A DNA stretch of 64,000 bases from Candidatus Sumerlaeia bacterium (GTDB lineage: Bacteria > Sumerlaeota > Sumerlaeia > SLMS01 > JANRJK01). The notes beneath the pieces were generated by a model, which made no database searches, was not told where the DNA came from, and was given only the letters and a program-made list of their open reading frames with translations. Every line of letters begins with the position of its first letter. Positions within the stretch are counted from its first letter, which is position 1. Location: assembly GCA_033764015.1 (NCBI GenBank), contig JANRJK010000046.1:192001-256000 (forward strand), read 5' to 3'. Position numbers and translations under genes: made by a program. Of this stretch, positions 20,639 to 34,975 are shown in pieces.

Positions 20639-21531
20639 GCGCCGCCGCGGCCCCGCGGTGGGCCGGCGCGCTGCGGGCGCTCCCCGCCAACCCGATGTTC
20701 CGCCACTTCCTGCGGCGCGACCTGCGGGTTTCGCAGCTCCTCATGCTCGCCTACGTGACGCTGGTCTTCGTGGGCGCGCTCGCGATGCTCAAGATGCGCT
20801 TCACCAGCACGCCCGAGACGGTGCTGCTCTACGGGGCGCTGCGCTGGGGGCTCGGCGAGTTCCTCTGGTGCTGGATGGCGGCGGACCACGCGTTCTCGAC
20901 GCTGGGGCGCGCGCGGCGGCAGGGGCGGCTTCGGGACTGGCTGCTGACGCCGCTCGGCGCGCAGGACATCGGCGGCGGCTTCGTCGCCTCGACGGTGCTG
21001 CTGCTCGCGGCCGGCTGCGTCGGAGCGGGTGTGGGCGAAGCGCTCTTCGCGTACCATCCACGGCTCGGCAACAACCTCGAAGCGCTCAACATCCCCTGGT
21101 TCGCCTTCGGCGCGGGGGTGCTCTTCCCGGTCGCGGCGACCGCGAGCCACCTCGCGACGTGCCTCTGGGCGGCGGCGCACTCCTCCGAGCGCGCGCTCGG
21201 CGCCGCGCCCGGCGCGCTCGCCTGGGCGCGGACGCTCGCCTCGCAGGGCTTCCGCCTCGCGGTGGTCGTGGCGGCGTCGCTCCTCGCCACGGCCATGGCG
21301 ACGATCCCGCTCTGGCAGTGGGCGCTCGACGCGGTCCGCGCGGACTCCGTGCCCGGCGCCTTTTCCGACCTCGCGAGCGCGCGCCTGCACACCGCCGCGG
21401 TCGCCAGCCTCGCGGTCTTCACGCTGCTCACGATCGGATCGAAGCTGCTGATGGCCGCGCACCGGCTGCGCGCCGTGCGCGGGGCGCTCGCCGCGGAGCA
21501 CCTGGCGGAGGGCCCCGCGGAGAACTCCTGA
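20635..21531 (+). CDS. Hypothetical multi-pass membrane protein (ABC-2 permease-like)
   Basis: GTGA overlap with the vWA stop; NPMFRHFLRR N-terminal motif, 'GRLRDWLLTPL' and about 6 hydrophobic segments. Confidence 0.6.
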   Translation: MSAAAAPRWAGALRALPANPMFRHFLRRDLRVSQLLMLAYVTLVFVGALAMLKMRFTSTPETVLLYGALRWGLGEFLWCWMAADHAFSTLGRARRQGRLRDWLLTPLGAQDIGGGFVASTVLLLAAGCVGAGVGEALFAYHPRLGNNLEALNIPWFAFGAGVLFPVAATASHLATCLWAAAHSSERALGAAPGALAWARTLASQGFRLAVVVAASLLATAMATIPLWQWALDAVRADSVPGAFSDLASARLHTAAVASLAVFTLLTIGSKLLMAAHRLRAVRGALAAEHLAEGPAENS

Positions 21532-21576
21532 GCCGCGCCGCTTGCGCACCGCGCCCCGGGCCCGCAAGCGTCCACC

Positions 21577-23268
21577 ATGCGCTCCGAAGCCGACTCCCCG
21601 CGCCGCTGGTTCGCGCTGCTGGCCGTCCTTTGCCTCGCCGCCTTCGCCCCGGCGCTGCGGGCCGGGCTCTTCTGGGACGACCACGTCGTCATCCGCTACG
21701 ACGGCCCCATCGCCGACAACGCCACCTTCGCCCGCCTCCTCACCGGGCGCTGCGTGCTGTTCCCCGAGGGCGCCTACAACTACTTCCGCCCCGTCGTGGA
21801 CCTCTCGTTCCTTCTCGAGTTCCGCGTGGCGGAGGCGCATCCGCTCCTCTACCACCTGACGAACCTGGCGCTGCACCTCGGGAACGCGCTGCTGGCGCTG
21901 GGGCTACTGCGCCGCATCCCCGGGGTGTCCCCGTGGGCGGCGTTCGCCGGCGCCGCGCTGTTCTCGCTGCATCCGCTGCAGGTCGAATCGGTCCTATGGC
22001 CCGCGGCGCGGCCGGCGATGCTCGCGGTGCTCTTCGCGCAGCTCGCCGCGCTGGCGGCGCTCGGCGCCATGGCGGCGTCCGGGGCGAAGCGGGCGGCCCT
22101 CCTCGCCGCGGGCTGGCTCTGCTACGCGCTGTCGCTCGGCTCGAAGGAGGTCGCCCTCGTGTTCGGCATCGCCGCGGGGCTGTCCCTCGCGCATCCCGCC
22201 GCGCGCGCGTCCGCCGGGCGTGGCGCACTTCGGCTCGCGGTCGCGGGGCATCTGGCGCTGCTGCTCGGCTACCTGGTCTTCGTGCGCGGCACCATCGGCT
22301 CGCTGCCGAGTCCGCTCCGCGACGGGCTCGCCGTCTACCTGTGGCGCCAGCTCGGGGCCTACGGCTTCTACCTGCGGCAGCTCCTGTGGCCGATGGACCT
22401 CTTCCCGAACTATCCGATCGACTGGGAGCTGCACCTGGGCTTCGGCGTCGCTGGGGCGGTGGTTTGCGGCGCGGTCGCGCTCGCCTTGTGGCGCGCGTTC
22501 CGCAGCTCCGGCCCCGCCGGGGGGCTCGCCTTCGCGGGGCTGCTGCTGCTCGCTGGGGGGACGGCGATCACGCATGTCGTGGGGCAGCGCGTCCTGGCCG
22601 ACCGCTACCTCTACCAGGCGGTGTGGGGCCTTGCCGCGGCGTTCGCGGCGGGGTGCGGGGTGGCTGGTCCCGCGGCGCTCTCCGCGCGCGGCGCGCGGCT
22701 GGGCCTGGCGGCTCTCGCCATCACCGCGGCGCTCTCGCTGCGCCAGTCGCTCGTCTGGCTCAGCGAGGAGTCCGTCTGGCTGCACACCATCGCCATCGAC
22801 CGGACGAACAACGCGGCGCACTTCAACCTGGGATTCATCAACCAGCGGCGGCGCGCCTGGGACGCCGCGATCCTCCACCTGCGCGAGTCGGCGGAGCAGC
22901 ACCATCCGATGCCGAACTACATCGCCTACCGTACCGAGGCGGCGGCGGCGGAGGCCACGATCCTCGACGATCTCGGGCGCAGCGGCGAGGCGGACGCGGC
23001 GCGCCGGTTCGTGGGCCTGTGGCCGGTCTTCCGCCAGCGCGCGCTCGTCATGCGGTCGGTCGCGCTCTTCAAGCGCGGAGACCGGCGGGGCGCGCTCGAA
23101 CTCGCCGCGCGATTCCGCGACGACGGCGCGCAGGACGCGCTGGTGCACCTTGATCTCGCGCTGCTGCACGCGCGCGCGGGGGGCGATCCCGCCGTGGCGC
23201 GCCGCCAGTACGAACGGGCGCTCGAGCTCGGCGCCCCTCCGGTGCCGGAGCTCGACGCGCTGCGATGA
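21577..23268 (+). CDS. TMTC-like GT-C glycosyltransferase with C-terminal TPRs
   Basis: FWDD, YFRPV, YHLTNLALH, LFSLHPLQVESVLW, SKE, LADRYLY, VWLSEESVW, then TPR-like AHFNLG. Confidence 0.8.
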   Translation: MRSEADSPRRWFALLAVLCLAAFAPALRAGLFWDDHVVIRYDGPIADNATFARLLTGRCVLFPEGAYNYFRPVVDLSFLLEFRVAEAHPLLYHLTNLALHLGNALLALGLLRRIPGVSPWAAFAGAALFSLHPLQVESVLWPAARPAMLAVLFAQLAALAALGAMAASGAKRAALLAAGWLCYALSLGSKEVALVFGIAAGLSLAHPAARASAGRGALRLAVAGHLALLLGYLVFVRGTIGSLPSPLRDGLAVYLWRQLGAYGFYLRQLLWPMDLFPNYPIDWELHLGFGVAGAVVCGAVALALWRAFRSSGPAGGLAFAGLLLLAGGTAITHVVGQRVLADRYLYQAVWGLAAAFAAGCGVAGPAALSARGARLGLAALAITAALSLRQSLVWLSEESVWLHTIAIDRTNNAAHFNLGFINQRRRAWDAAILHLRESAEQHHPMPNYIAYRTEAAAAEATILDDLGRSGEADAARRFVGLWPVFRQRALVMRSVALFKRGDRRGALELAARFRDDGAQDALVHLDLALLHARAGGDPAVARRQYERALELGAPPVPELDALR

Positions 23269-25391
23269 GCGGCGCGCCACCCGCCGCTCCGCCGACTCCG
23301 CGCGAGCCGGCCTGGTGGCCCGCCGCCCTGGCGCTGGTCCCCGCCCTCGCCGCGGCGCTCCGCTTCCACGGCCTCGCGGGGCGCGAGTTCTGGCTCGACG
23401 AGGTGCGCACGCTGCTCGACCTCGACTACCCGAGGCCGCGCCACTGGCAGCACGTCGGCTTCTTCGACGCGGCGGCGCAGCTCCGCGCCTGGTTCCCGGC
23501 GATGCCGGACGAGCTGGCGCTGCGCATCCACCCGGTCCTGTGCGGCGTCATGCTGGTGTTGGCGGCGATGGTGGCCGGGCGCTGGCTTTCGGGGCACCGC
23601 GCCGGGCTGGCGGCGGGGCTGCTCGCGGCGCTCTCGCCCGCCGCCCTGGCGTTCGCGCGAGAGGCGCGCTTCTATGCTCCCGTAGCGCTCTTCGGCGCGC
23701 TCGGCGTCGCCTGCGCGGCGCTCGCGCTGCGGACGCAGCGCCTCGGACCGCGGCTCGCGCTGGCGCTGGCGGCCGGCCTCCTCGCATGGCAGGGCGAGGC
23801 GCACCACCCCGCGGCCCTTCCCGCGCTCGGCGCCAGCGCGGCCACCGTCTGGGCGCTCGCGGCGGCCGCGTCGCACCGGGCGCTCGCGGAGCGCGCTCCC
23901 GCCGGGTGGCCCCGACGGGCGCTCCCGGCGCTTTACGCCGCGGCGGGCGCCGGGGCCGCGCTCGCCGCGTGGCGCCTCCTCGGCGACCGCGTCCCCGCAT
24001 GGGACCGGTTCGCCTTCGCGGCGACGCCGGGGGTCGAGGCGACGCCCGCCTTCTTCGCGCAGGTGCTGTCCGGCCTGCTGCTGGACGGCCGCGCGGATCC
24101 GGCCGCCGGAGCCGCTTCCCTCGCCGCGCTCCTGGCGCTTTCCGCGGGCGTCGTGTTCCTGGCCGCGGCGAGGCGGGGTGGGGGGCTGCTGCTGGCGACC
24201 CTGCCGCCGATCCTCGCGACCGTCGCGGCGGTGTTCGCCGTCACCTTCGCGCAGGTCTTCCAGCCCAAGTACGCGGTTGCGGTCCAGCCCGCGCTGCTCC
24301 TGCTGGCCGCGGGCCTCGCCGCTGAGTTCGAGGAGGTGCTCCGCGCGCGCGGGAACTCCGCGCGCATCCCGCCCCTTGCGCCGTGGATCGCGCTCGCGCT
24401 GCTCCTGCTCCCCGCGGCGCCGCGGCTGCGGGAGCAGCTCGCGCTCGAGTCCGCCGCCTTCCGGGCGCCCCTTGCGCAAGCGCTGGCGGAGCCGGAGTCC
24501 CGCGTCTTCGTCTATGGCCACGCGGCCTACCAGGCATGGCACGCGACCCGTGCCGATCCCGGAGCGCGCGCGCGGCTCCGCCACATTCCGTGGCAGCGCA
24601 ACGACGGGTCCGAGGAGGCCGCCATGCTGGCGCGCGAGGCGCAGGCCGGCCCGGCGTACTTCCTCCAGCTTTGGCCCCACGACGTGCCGCCCGCGGTGCG
24701 CGGGCTGCTCGCGCGGAGCGGGCGCGAGGTGCTCCGCGTCCCGTCCGCCCGCGGCGCCGCGCACGATTCCGTGCTCTTCCGGCTGGAGGTCCCCGGCGCG
24801 GAGGCGCCGGCGAACGCGCCGTCCTTCGGCGACCTGTCCGACCGGTGGAGCGGCATCCAGTCCGATGTCCCGCCGGGCGTCCGGGTGCTCCGCGCGCGCC
24901 GCGCCGCGCACGGCCCCGCCGCCCGCCCCGCGGACCAGTGGCTCGCCCTGACGCCCGCGACGCTCGCACCGCTGCCGGACGCGCCCGAGGGCGCGCGCTT
25001 CCGCTACGCGCCGCACGCGGTCGGCAGGGTGGTGTCGCCGATGCTCGATGTGGCAGGGGCGGAGTGGGTCGAGGGAGTGGTCGAACTGCGCCTCGACGAG
25101 TGCTGGGGCGCGGAGGCGAACGCGCTGCTGCTCTTCACCGACCGCCGGGGCGCGCTGGTCGCGGAACGCGAAGCCTCCGGACCGCTGCTGCGCTGCCGGG
25201 TCGAGTGGGAGCCCGCGACGGAACCGCTGCGCGGCGGGCGCTTCCACCGGCTGGCCTTCCGGTCGCCGGTGCCGGAGGGCGCGGAGCGCGCCGCGGTGGT
25301 CATCGTGCTGCATCCCGCGACGCGGCGCTTTCCGGCGGCGCGGAACGAGGTGCGCTTCGGGTTGTGCGAGCTGCGGGCGCTGGCCCGCTAG
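23265..25391 (+). CDS. GT39/PMT-like (GT-C) glycosyltransferase with a C-terminal soluble domain
   Basis: LRFHGL...FWLDE, AALSP...AREARFY, multiple TM helices, PKY; ATGA overlap with the upstream gene. Confidence 0.7.
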   Translation: MSGAPPAAPPTPREPAWWPAALALVPALAAALRFHGLAGREFWLDEVRTLLDLDYPRPRHWQHVGFFDAAAQLRAWFPAMPDELALRIHPVLCGVMLVLAAMVAGRWLSGHRAGLAAGLLAALSPAALAFAREARFYAPVALFGALGVACAALALRTQRLGPRLALALAAGLLAWQGEAHHPAALPALGASAATVWALAAAASHRALAERAPAGWPRRALPALYAAAGAGAALAAWRLLGDRVPAWDRFAFAATPGVEATPAFFAQVLSGLLLDGRADPAAGAASLAALLALSAGVVFLAAARRGGGLLLATLPPILATVAAVFAVTFAQVFQPKYAVAVQPALLLLAAGLAAEFEEVLRARGNSARIPPLAPWIALALLLLPAAPRLREQLALESAAFRAPLAQALAEPESRVFVYGHAAYQAWHATRADPGARARLRHIPWQRNDGSEEAAMLAREAQAGPAYFLQLWPHDVPPAVRGLLARSGREVLRVPSARGAAHDSVLFRLEVPGAEAPANAPSFGDLSDRWSGIQSDVPPGVRVLRARRAAHGPAARPADQWLALTPATLAPLPDAPEGARFRYAPHAVGRVVSPMLDVAGAEWVEGVVELRLDECWGAEANALLLFTDRRGALVAEREASGPLLRCRVEWEPATEPLRGGRFHRLAFRSPVPEGAERAAVVIVLHPATRRFPAARNEVRFGLCELRALAR

Positions 25392-25395
25392 GCCT

Positions 25396-26907
25396 TCAGT
25401 TGCCGCCGCGGAGCACGCGGTCCTCGAGCGTCTGGAGCGCCTCGGCGAGCTGCCGGTCCGTGCGGGCGGACGCCTCCATCTTCTTGCACGCGTAGATGAC
25501 GGAGGTGTGGTCCTTGCCGCCGAACTTGAGCGCGATGTCGGGGAAGCTGAGGTCGGTGAGCTTGCGGCAGAGGTACTGCGCCATGTGGCGGGGGCGGCTG
25601 AACTTCTTCGAGCGGTTCTTGCCGAGCAGGTCGCTGATCTTGATCTGGAAGTAGTCGCAGACGGCGCGCTGCACGTCCTCGGGGCAGATCGCGCGCGAGG
25701 CGTCGCTCTGCGTGCCGGTGCCAAGCACCTCGCGGGCGAGCGCCAGGTCGATGGAGCGCCCGTGCAGGCTGGCGTAGACGCGCAGCCGCTTGAGCATCCC
25801 CTCGAGTTCGCGGACGTTCGACGTGACGCGCTCGGCGACGAAGATGGCGACCTCCGTCGGGAGCATCATGCGCTCGATCTCCGCCTTCTTGCGGAGGATC
25901 GCGACGCGCGTCTCGAGGTCCGGCGGCTGGATGTCGACAAGGAGGCCCCATTCGAAGCGCGAGCGGAGCCGGTCCTCGAGCGCCTGCAGGTCCTTCGGCG
26001 CGCGGTCCGAGCTGACCACCACCTTCTTCCCCGCCTCGCACAGCGCGTTGAAGGTGTGGAAGAACTCCATCTGCGAGCGGTCCTTCCCCATGAGGAACTG
26101 CACGTCGTCGATCAGCAGCAGGTCCACGTTGCGGTAGTAGGAGCGGAAGTCGTTCGATTTGCGGTGCTGGATCGAGTCGATGAAGTGGTTGATGAACTGC
26201 TCGGAGGTCACGTAGAGGACGCGGACCTTGCCGTCGGCCTTGAGCATCTTGTGGCCGATGCCCTGCATGAGGTGCGTCTTGCCGAGGCCGGTGCCGCCGT
26301 AGATGAAGAGCGGGTGGAAGCCGTTCGAGCGGGGGTCGGCGACCGCGTTGGCGGCGGCGTGGGCGTAGCGGTTGCTCTCGCCGATGATGAACTCGTCGAA
26401 GCGGTAGCGCGGGTTGAGGCGGTTGTACGCGCCCACTTGGAACGGGGCCGCGTCGGTGCTTGCGGGAGGCGAGCTGTCGGTGGCGTCGGCCGCCTTCGCA
26501 CGCGGTGTTCCCCGCAGCTTGCGCGCCGTTCCGTTGGAACCTGTGGGGTCGTCCGCTACCTCGGCGTCATCCTCGAAGAACGTCTGCTGCACCGGCGCCG
26601 TGCCGTTCACGGCGGGCAGCTCGCGGCGCCCGCGTCCGCCCTCGTCGAGGTCCTCGCAGATCACGATCTCGAGTTCGACCGGCTCCTGCGCGGCGGTCTC
26701 GAGCGCGGCCTCGATCTTCGCGCGGAAGCGCTTGTTGATCCAGCGGCGGAAGAACTCGTTCGGCACCGCGAGGGACACCGGCGCGTCCGGGGAGTCGGGG
26801 AAGGTGACCCGCGACTTGCCGAGCCAGGCGCGCACGTTCGGCTCGCCGATGTCCTGGCGCAAGAGGTCGAGGGTCTGTTCCCACACATCCTCTGACAGAC
26901 GTGGCAT
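25396..26907 (-). CDS. dnaA: Chromosomal replication initiator DnaA
   Basis: LNPRYRFDEFIIGESN, PLFIYGGTGLGKTHL, LLIDDVQF, EFFHTFN, RLRSRFEWGL, NVRELEG, FGGKDHTSV; ATG 26907 (MPRLSEDVW). Confidence 0.96.
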   Translation of the reverse strand: MPRLSEDVWEQTLDLLRQDIGEPNVRAWLGKSRVTFPDSPDAPVSLAVPNEFFRRWINKRFRAKIEAALETAAQEPVELEIVICEDLDEGGRGRRELPAVNGTAPVQQTFFEDDAEVADDPTGSNGTARKLRGTPRAKAADATDSSPPASTDAAPFQVGAYNRLNPRYRFDEFIIGESNRYAHAAANAVADPRSNGFHPLFIYGGTGLGKTHLMQGIGHKMLKADGKVRVLYVTSEQFINHFIDSIQHRKSNDFRSYYRNVDLLLIDDVQFLMGKDRSQMEFFHTFNALCEAGKKVVVSSDRAPKDLQALEDRLRSRFEWGLLVDIQPPDLETRVAILRKKAEIERMMLPTEVAIFVAERVTSNVRELEGMLKRLRVYASLHGRSIDLALAREVLGTGTQSDASRAICPEDVQRAVCDYFQIKISDLLGKNRSKKFSRPRHMAQYLCRKLTDLSFPDIALKFGGKDHTSVIYACKKMEASARTDRQLAEALQTLEDRVLRGGN

Positions 26908-26983
26908 CGCGTTCGAGCTCCGGGGTGTGGCGAGGGGGGTGTCGCTCAAGTAAGGACCGGGATACGGGGGGAGGGCCCGGTCC

Positions 26984-28021
26984 TCAAGGCTTTTCTCCGG
27001 CGCCGAAGTCGCGGCGCGCGATGAACTCAAGTGAAACAAGACCAATCTTCTGTAAGGTTTCCGCGGAAACCGCCGACAGGTCGTCGCGGACCGTATGGTG
27101 CTCTGGATACTCAAGATCGATCACGTTGATGTACGGAAATCCACGCTGCTGGTAGGGAACCGGATCATCGATGATGAATCCGGTCGCTTCGGACACGAAG
27201 AGGTCCGGGTAAAGCTCTTTACCAAGTGTCCAGAACTCGTCGACGAGTTCCGGCTGGAAGCGAAGGCTATAAGATTCCTTCCGAAATCTCGGATCCTTCT
27301 TCTCACCCACCATGTCGAGGTTGACCCCGGCCTCGAAACGGTCCTTCGGCTGCCACTGCGCGGCGAGCAGGTCCGCGCCGTAGGCGTACTCGCCGAACGG
27401 GTGGGGGCCGCTCATGTTCGGAGGGTAGCCTTGGTCCTCGGCGTCGTGCATCAGAATGATAATGCCAACATTTTCAGGCGGGTGGGCTTGGATCGCGCGG
27501 GCCATTTCGAGGAGCACGGCGACCGCCGAGCCGCCGTCGTTGGCTCCCGGGACCGGGAGGCGGCGCTCGGAGGCGGTCGACTTCGGCGAGTCGGCGTGCA
27601 GCCGGGTGTCGAAGTGCGCGCTGTACAGGATGCGGCGGGGCCGTTCGGGCTTCCAGCGGGCGATCACGTGGCGGATCGGCATCACGCCGCCGCCGGCGAT
27701 CTTGGGGCGGAACGTGCCCAGATCGATCACCTCGACGGCGAAGCCGACCTTCTTCAATTCGGAGGCCATCCAGTTGATTTGCCGGTCGTGGCCGGGGGTG
27801 CCCGGGATGCGGGGGCCGAATGCGAGCTGCTTCTCGACGTCGCGGAAGGCGCGCTCGCCGTCGAACGCCTGCGCCAGCGCCGAGAGCCGGGGAGCGGCGG
27901 GCGCCGATGCCTCGAGCGTCGCGGTGGTCGGCGCGTCGGACGCGTGCTGGGCGGCGGCGGGGCTCCAGGCGAGGAGCGCCGCCAGCAGCAGCGCGGCGGT
28001 CCGGTGGGCGTTGGTTGTCAT
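26984..28021 (-). CDS. Exported M28-family peptidase / glutaminyl-cyclase-like
   Basis: Signal peptide; FGPRIPGT, SAHFDTR, GANDGGS, DAED, LDMVG, HHT. Confidence 0.85.
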   Translation of the reverse strand: MTTNAHRTAALLLAALLAWSPAAAQHASDAPTTATLEASAPAAPRLSALAQAFDGERAFRDVEKQLAFGPRIPGTPGHDRQINWMASELKKVGFAVEVIDLGTFRPKIAGGGVMPIRHVIARWKPERPRRILYSAHFDTRLHADSPKSTASERRLPVPGANDGGSAVAVLLEMARAIQAHPPENVGIIILMHDAEDQGYPPNMSGPHPFGEYAYGADLLAAQWQPKDRFEAGVNLDMVGEKKDPRFRKESYSLRFQPELVDEFWTLGKELYPDLFVSEATGFIIDDPVPYQQRGFPYINVIDLEYPEHHTVRDDLSAVSAETLQKIGLVSLEFIARRDFGAGEKP

Positions 28022-28174
28022 GGGGGCGTTCCTCCTCCGGGCTGGCAAGGCTCGCGGCTCGGCGGCGCCGCGTGCAACCGAACAACCGACGGGGAGCGCC
28101 CTGCGTTTGGCCACGCCCCCGCCGCCACGCGGGTGCCTGTTGCCCGCCGGGCGGCCGGCGGGCGCAATCCGGCC

Positions 28175-28726
28175 ATGCCGACGCCCGAGCCGCACCGCAT
28201 GGATCCGGACCAGCCATCGCCCCACTCGGCGGCGAACAAGGCGGCGCGGCTGCTCTGGGCGGTCGCCTACCATGGCGTGTTCCGCTGGACTCCGCCCCCG
28301 CTGCATGGCGTTCGGCGCGCGGTGCTGCGGCTGTTCGGCGCGCGGATCGGGAGCGGCGCCTACGTGCACCCGTCGGTTCGGATCTGGGCGCCCTGGAATC
28401 TGCGGCTCGGGGCGCAGGCGTGCCTCGGGCCGGGCGTGGAGTGCTACAACGTGGCGACGGTCTCCGTCGGCGCGCGGAGCACCGTGTCGCAGCGGGCGAC
28501 GCTGTGCGCCGCGACGCACGACCACCGCGATGCGCGGATGCCGCTGGTTCCCCGCCCGATCGCCATCGGCCCGGAGGCGTGGATCGCCATGGAGGCGTTC
28601 ATCGGGCCCGGGGTGCGCGTGGGTGCGCGGGCGGTGGTCGGCGCGCGGGCGGTCGCGGTGCGCGACGTGCCCGCCGGGTGGGTCGCCGCGGGCAACCCCT
28701 GCCGCCCGGTGCGGCGCCGCTGGTAG
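28175..28726 (+). CDS. WcaF-like hexapeptide acetyltransferase
   Basis: RRAVLRLFGARIG, IWAPWNL, VSQRATLCAATHD, AWIAMEAFIGPGV, GNPC. Confidence 0.85.
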   Translation: MPTPEPHRMDPDQPSPHSAANKAARLLWAVAYHGVFRWTPPPLHGVRRAVLRLFGARIGSGAYVHPSVRIWAPWNLRLGAQACLGPGVECYNVATVSVGARSTVSQRATLCAATHDHRDARMPLVPRPIAIGPEAWIAMEAFIGPGVRVGARAVVGARAVAVRDVPAGWVAAGNPCRPVRRRW

Positions 28727-28729
28727 CGG

Positions 28730-32155
<3,426 letters not shown>

Positions 32156-32213
32156 CAGCGGGGACGTATCGTCGGGTGGGGCATGGGCGGGCAAGCGGCG
32201 TGCCCGCGCCCGC

Positions 32214-32519
32214 TCACCGCCGTCCGGCGCGGTAGCGCGCGACCAGGTCGCGCAGCGCGAGGGCGAACAGCGCGGCGAGGCCGGCGTCGTCCAGCGTGCC
32301 CAGCACGGGGATGAAGTCCGGGATGATGTCGACCGGCGACATCAGGTAGAGCAGGCCGAGGAGGATTGTGACGGGCACCCACTTGGGGAAGCGGTAGCGC
32401 GGGTCCCGCACCATGCCCCAGAGCGTGCGCAGGTCGTCGAGGATGCCGGTGGCCGCGTCGGCGGCGGTGGTGCCGCGGCGCTCGTCGAGGAGCTTGTGGA
32501 TGCGGCGCTGGTCGGCCAT
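32214..32519 (-). CDS. YkvA / DUF1232 family protein
   Basis: YLMSPVDIIPDFIPVLGTLDD. Confidence 0.9.
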   Translation of the reverse strand: MADQRRIHKLLDERRGTTAADAATGILDDLRTLWGMVRDPRYRFPKWVPVTILLGLLYLMSPVDIIPDFIPVLGTLDDAGLAALFALALRDLVARYRAGRR

Positions 32520-32615
32520 GGCGCGGGGCTCCTTGGGCTGGAATGGCGCGGGCGGCGTGCCCTGAGGGGAGACGCCGCCCGCGCGACCTGTTGCGAATGC
32601 TACCGCCCGGGGGCG

Positions 32616-34106
<1,491 letters not shown>

Positions 34107-34233
34107 CGTTGCGATGTCCTTGCTTGGTTTGGTCGTGGTTCGGAACTGGTGGTAACTCGGAATGTGGATGGGCGGCGCGTGGTCCGGGCTGCGTTCCGGA
34201 GGGCGCCGGGGGGTGGAAGCGGAGCGAAGCGGG

Positions 34234-34830
34234 TCAGCCCCGTGTCTCCGTGGTGAGGAGCCGGTGGAGCGTTTCGACCTGCGCGCGGGTGCGCTGCAAG
34301 CTGCCGGAGTTGTCGATCAGGTGGTCGGCGCGCTTCGCCTTCTCCTCCTGCGACAATTGTGCCGAAAGTCTGCGACGGATTTCCTCGTCCGTCATCCCGC
34401 GGTCGCGGCGCAGCCGCTCGAATCGTGTGGGCTCGTCCACGGTGACGACCGCGACCCGGTCGCAAAGCGACTCGGCGCCGGATTCGTAGAGGAGCGGAAC
34501 ATCGAGCAAGATCAACGGTTCGTTCCGTAGCTGTGCGAGCAGTTCGAGTTCCCGCGCGCGGACGCGGGGGTGGACGATTTCCTCAAGGCGGCGTAGATCC
34601 TGTGGGTTCGCGAAGACGCGCGCGGCGAGGAGCCGCCGGTCGAGAGACCCGTCTGGAGATAGCATCTCCGGGCCGAAGTGGGAAACGATCTCTCGATACG
34701 CGGGCGCACCCGGCTGGGTGGCTTCCCGGGCGATCGCATCGGCGCACACGACAGGCACGCCAAGCTCCACCATCATCGAGGACACCGTGCTTTTCCCGCT
34801 TCCGAGCGAGCCGGTCAAGCCGAGAATCAT
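34234..34830 (-). CDS. coaE: Dephospho-CoA kinase
   Basis: [37 protein letters not shown]. Confidence 0.95.
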   Translation of the reverse strand: MILGLTGSLGSGKSTVSSMMVELGVPVVCADAIAREATQPGAPAYREIVSHFGPEMLSPDGSLDRRLLAARVFANPQDLRRLEEIVHPRVRARELELLAQLRNEPLILLDVPLLYESGAESLCDRVAVVTVDEPTRFERLRRDRGMTDEEIRRRLSAQLSQEEKAKRADHLIDNSGSLQRTRAQVETLHRLLTTETRG

Positions 34831-34975
34831 CGCGCCGCCGCTCCTTCCGCCCGCCGAGTCCTCGTCAGGCCGTCGCACGCGCGCAACAGCGAAGGTGCGG
34901 CGGGGCTTGCGTGGGGGCCTCCGCCGTGCACGGTGGGTGGATGAGAGACCCCAACCGCCAGAGGACGCCGTCCAA

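Noticed and set aside
27150..27175. DDH-to-DDP change in the M28 enzyme as a sign of pseudogenisation
   Set aside because: The frame and the Zn-ligand motifs are intact, so one substitution is not enough evidence.
26908..27240. oriC / DnaA boxes near dnaA
   Set aside because: The best matches I saw to TTATCCACA were 6-7 of 9, scattered and inside a CDS, with no AT-rich unwinding element.
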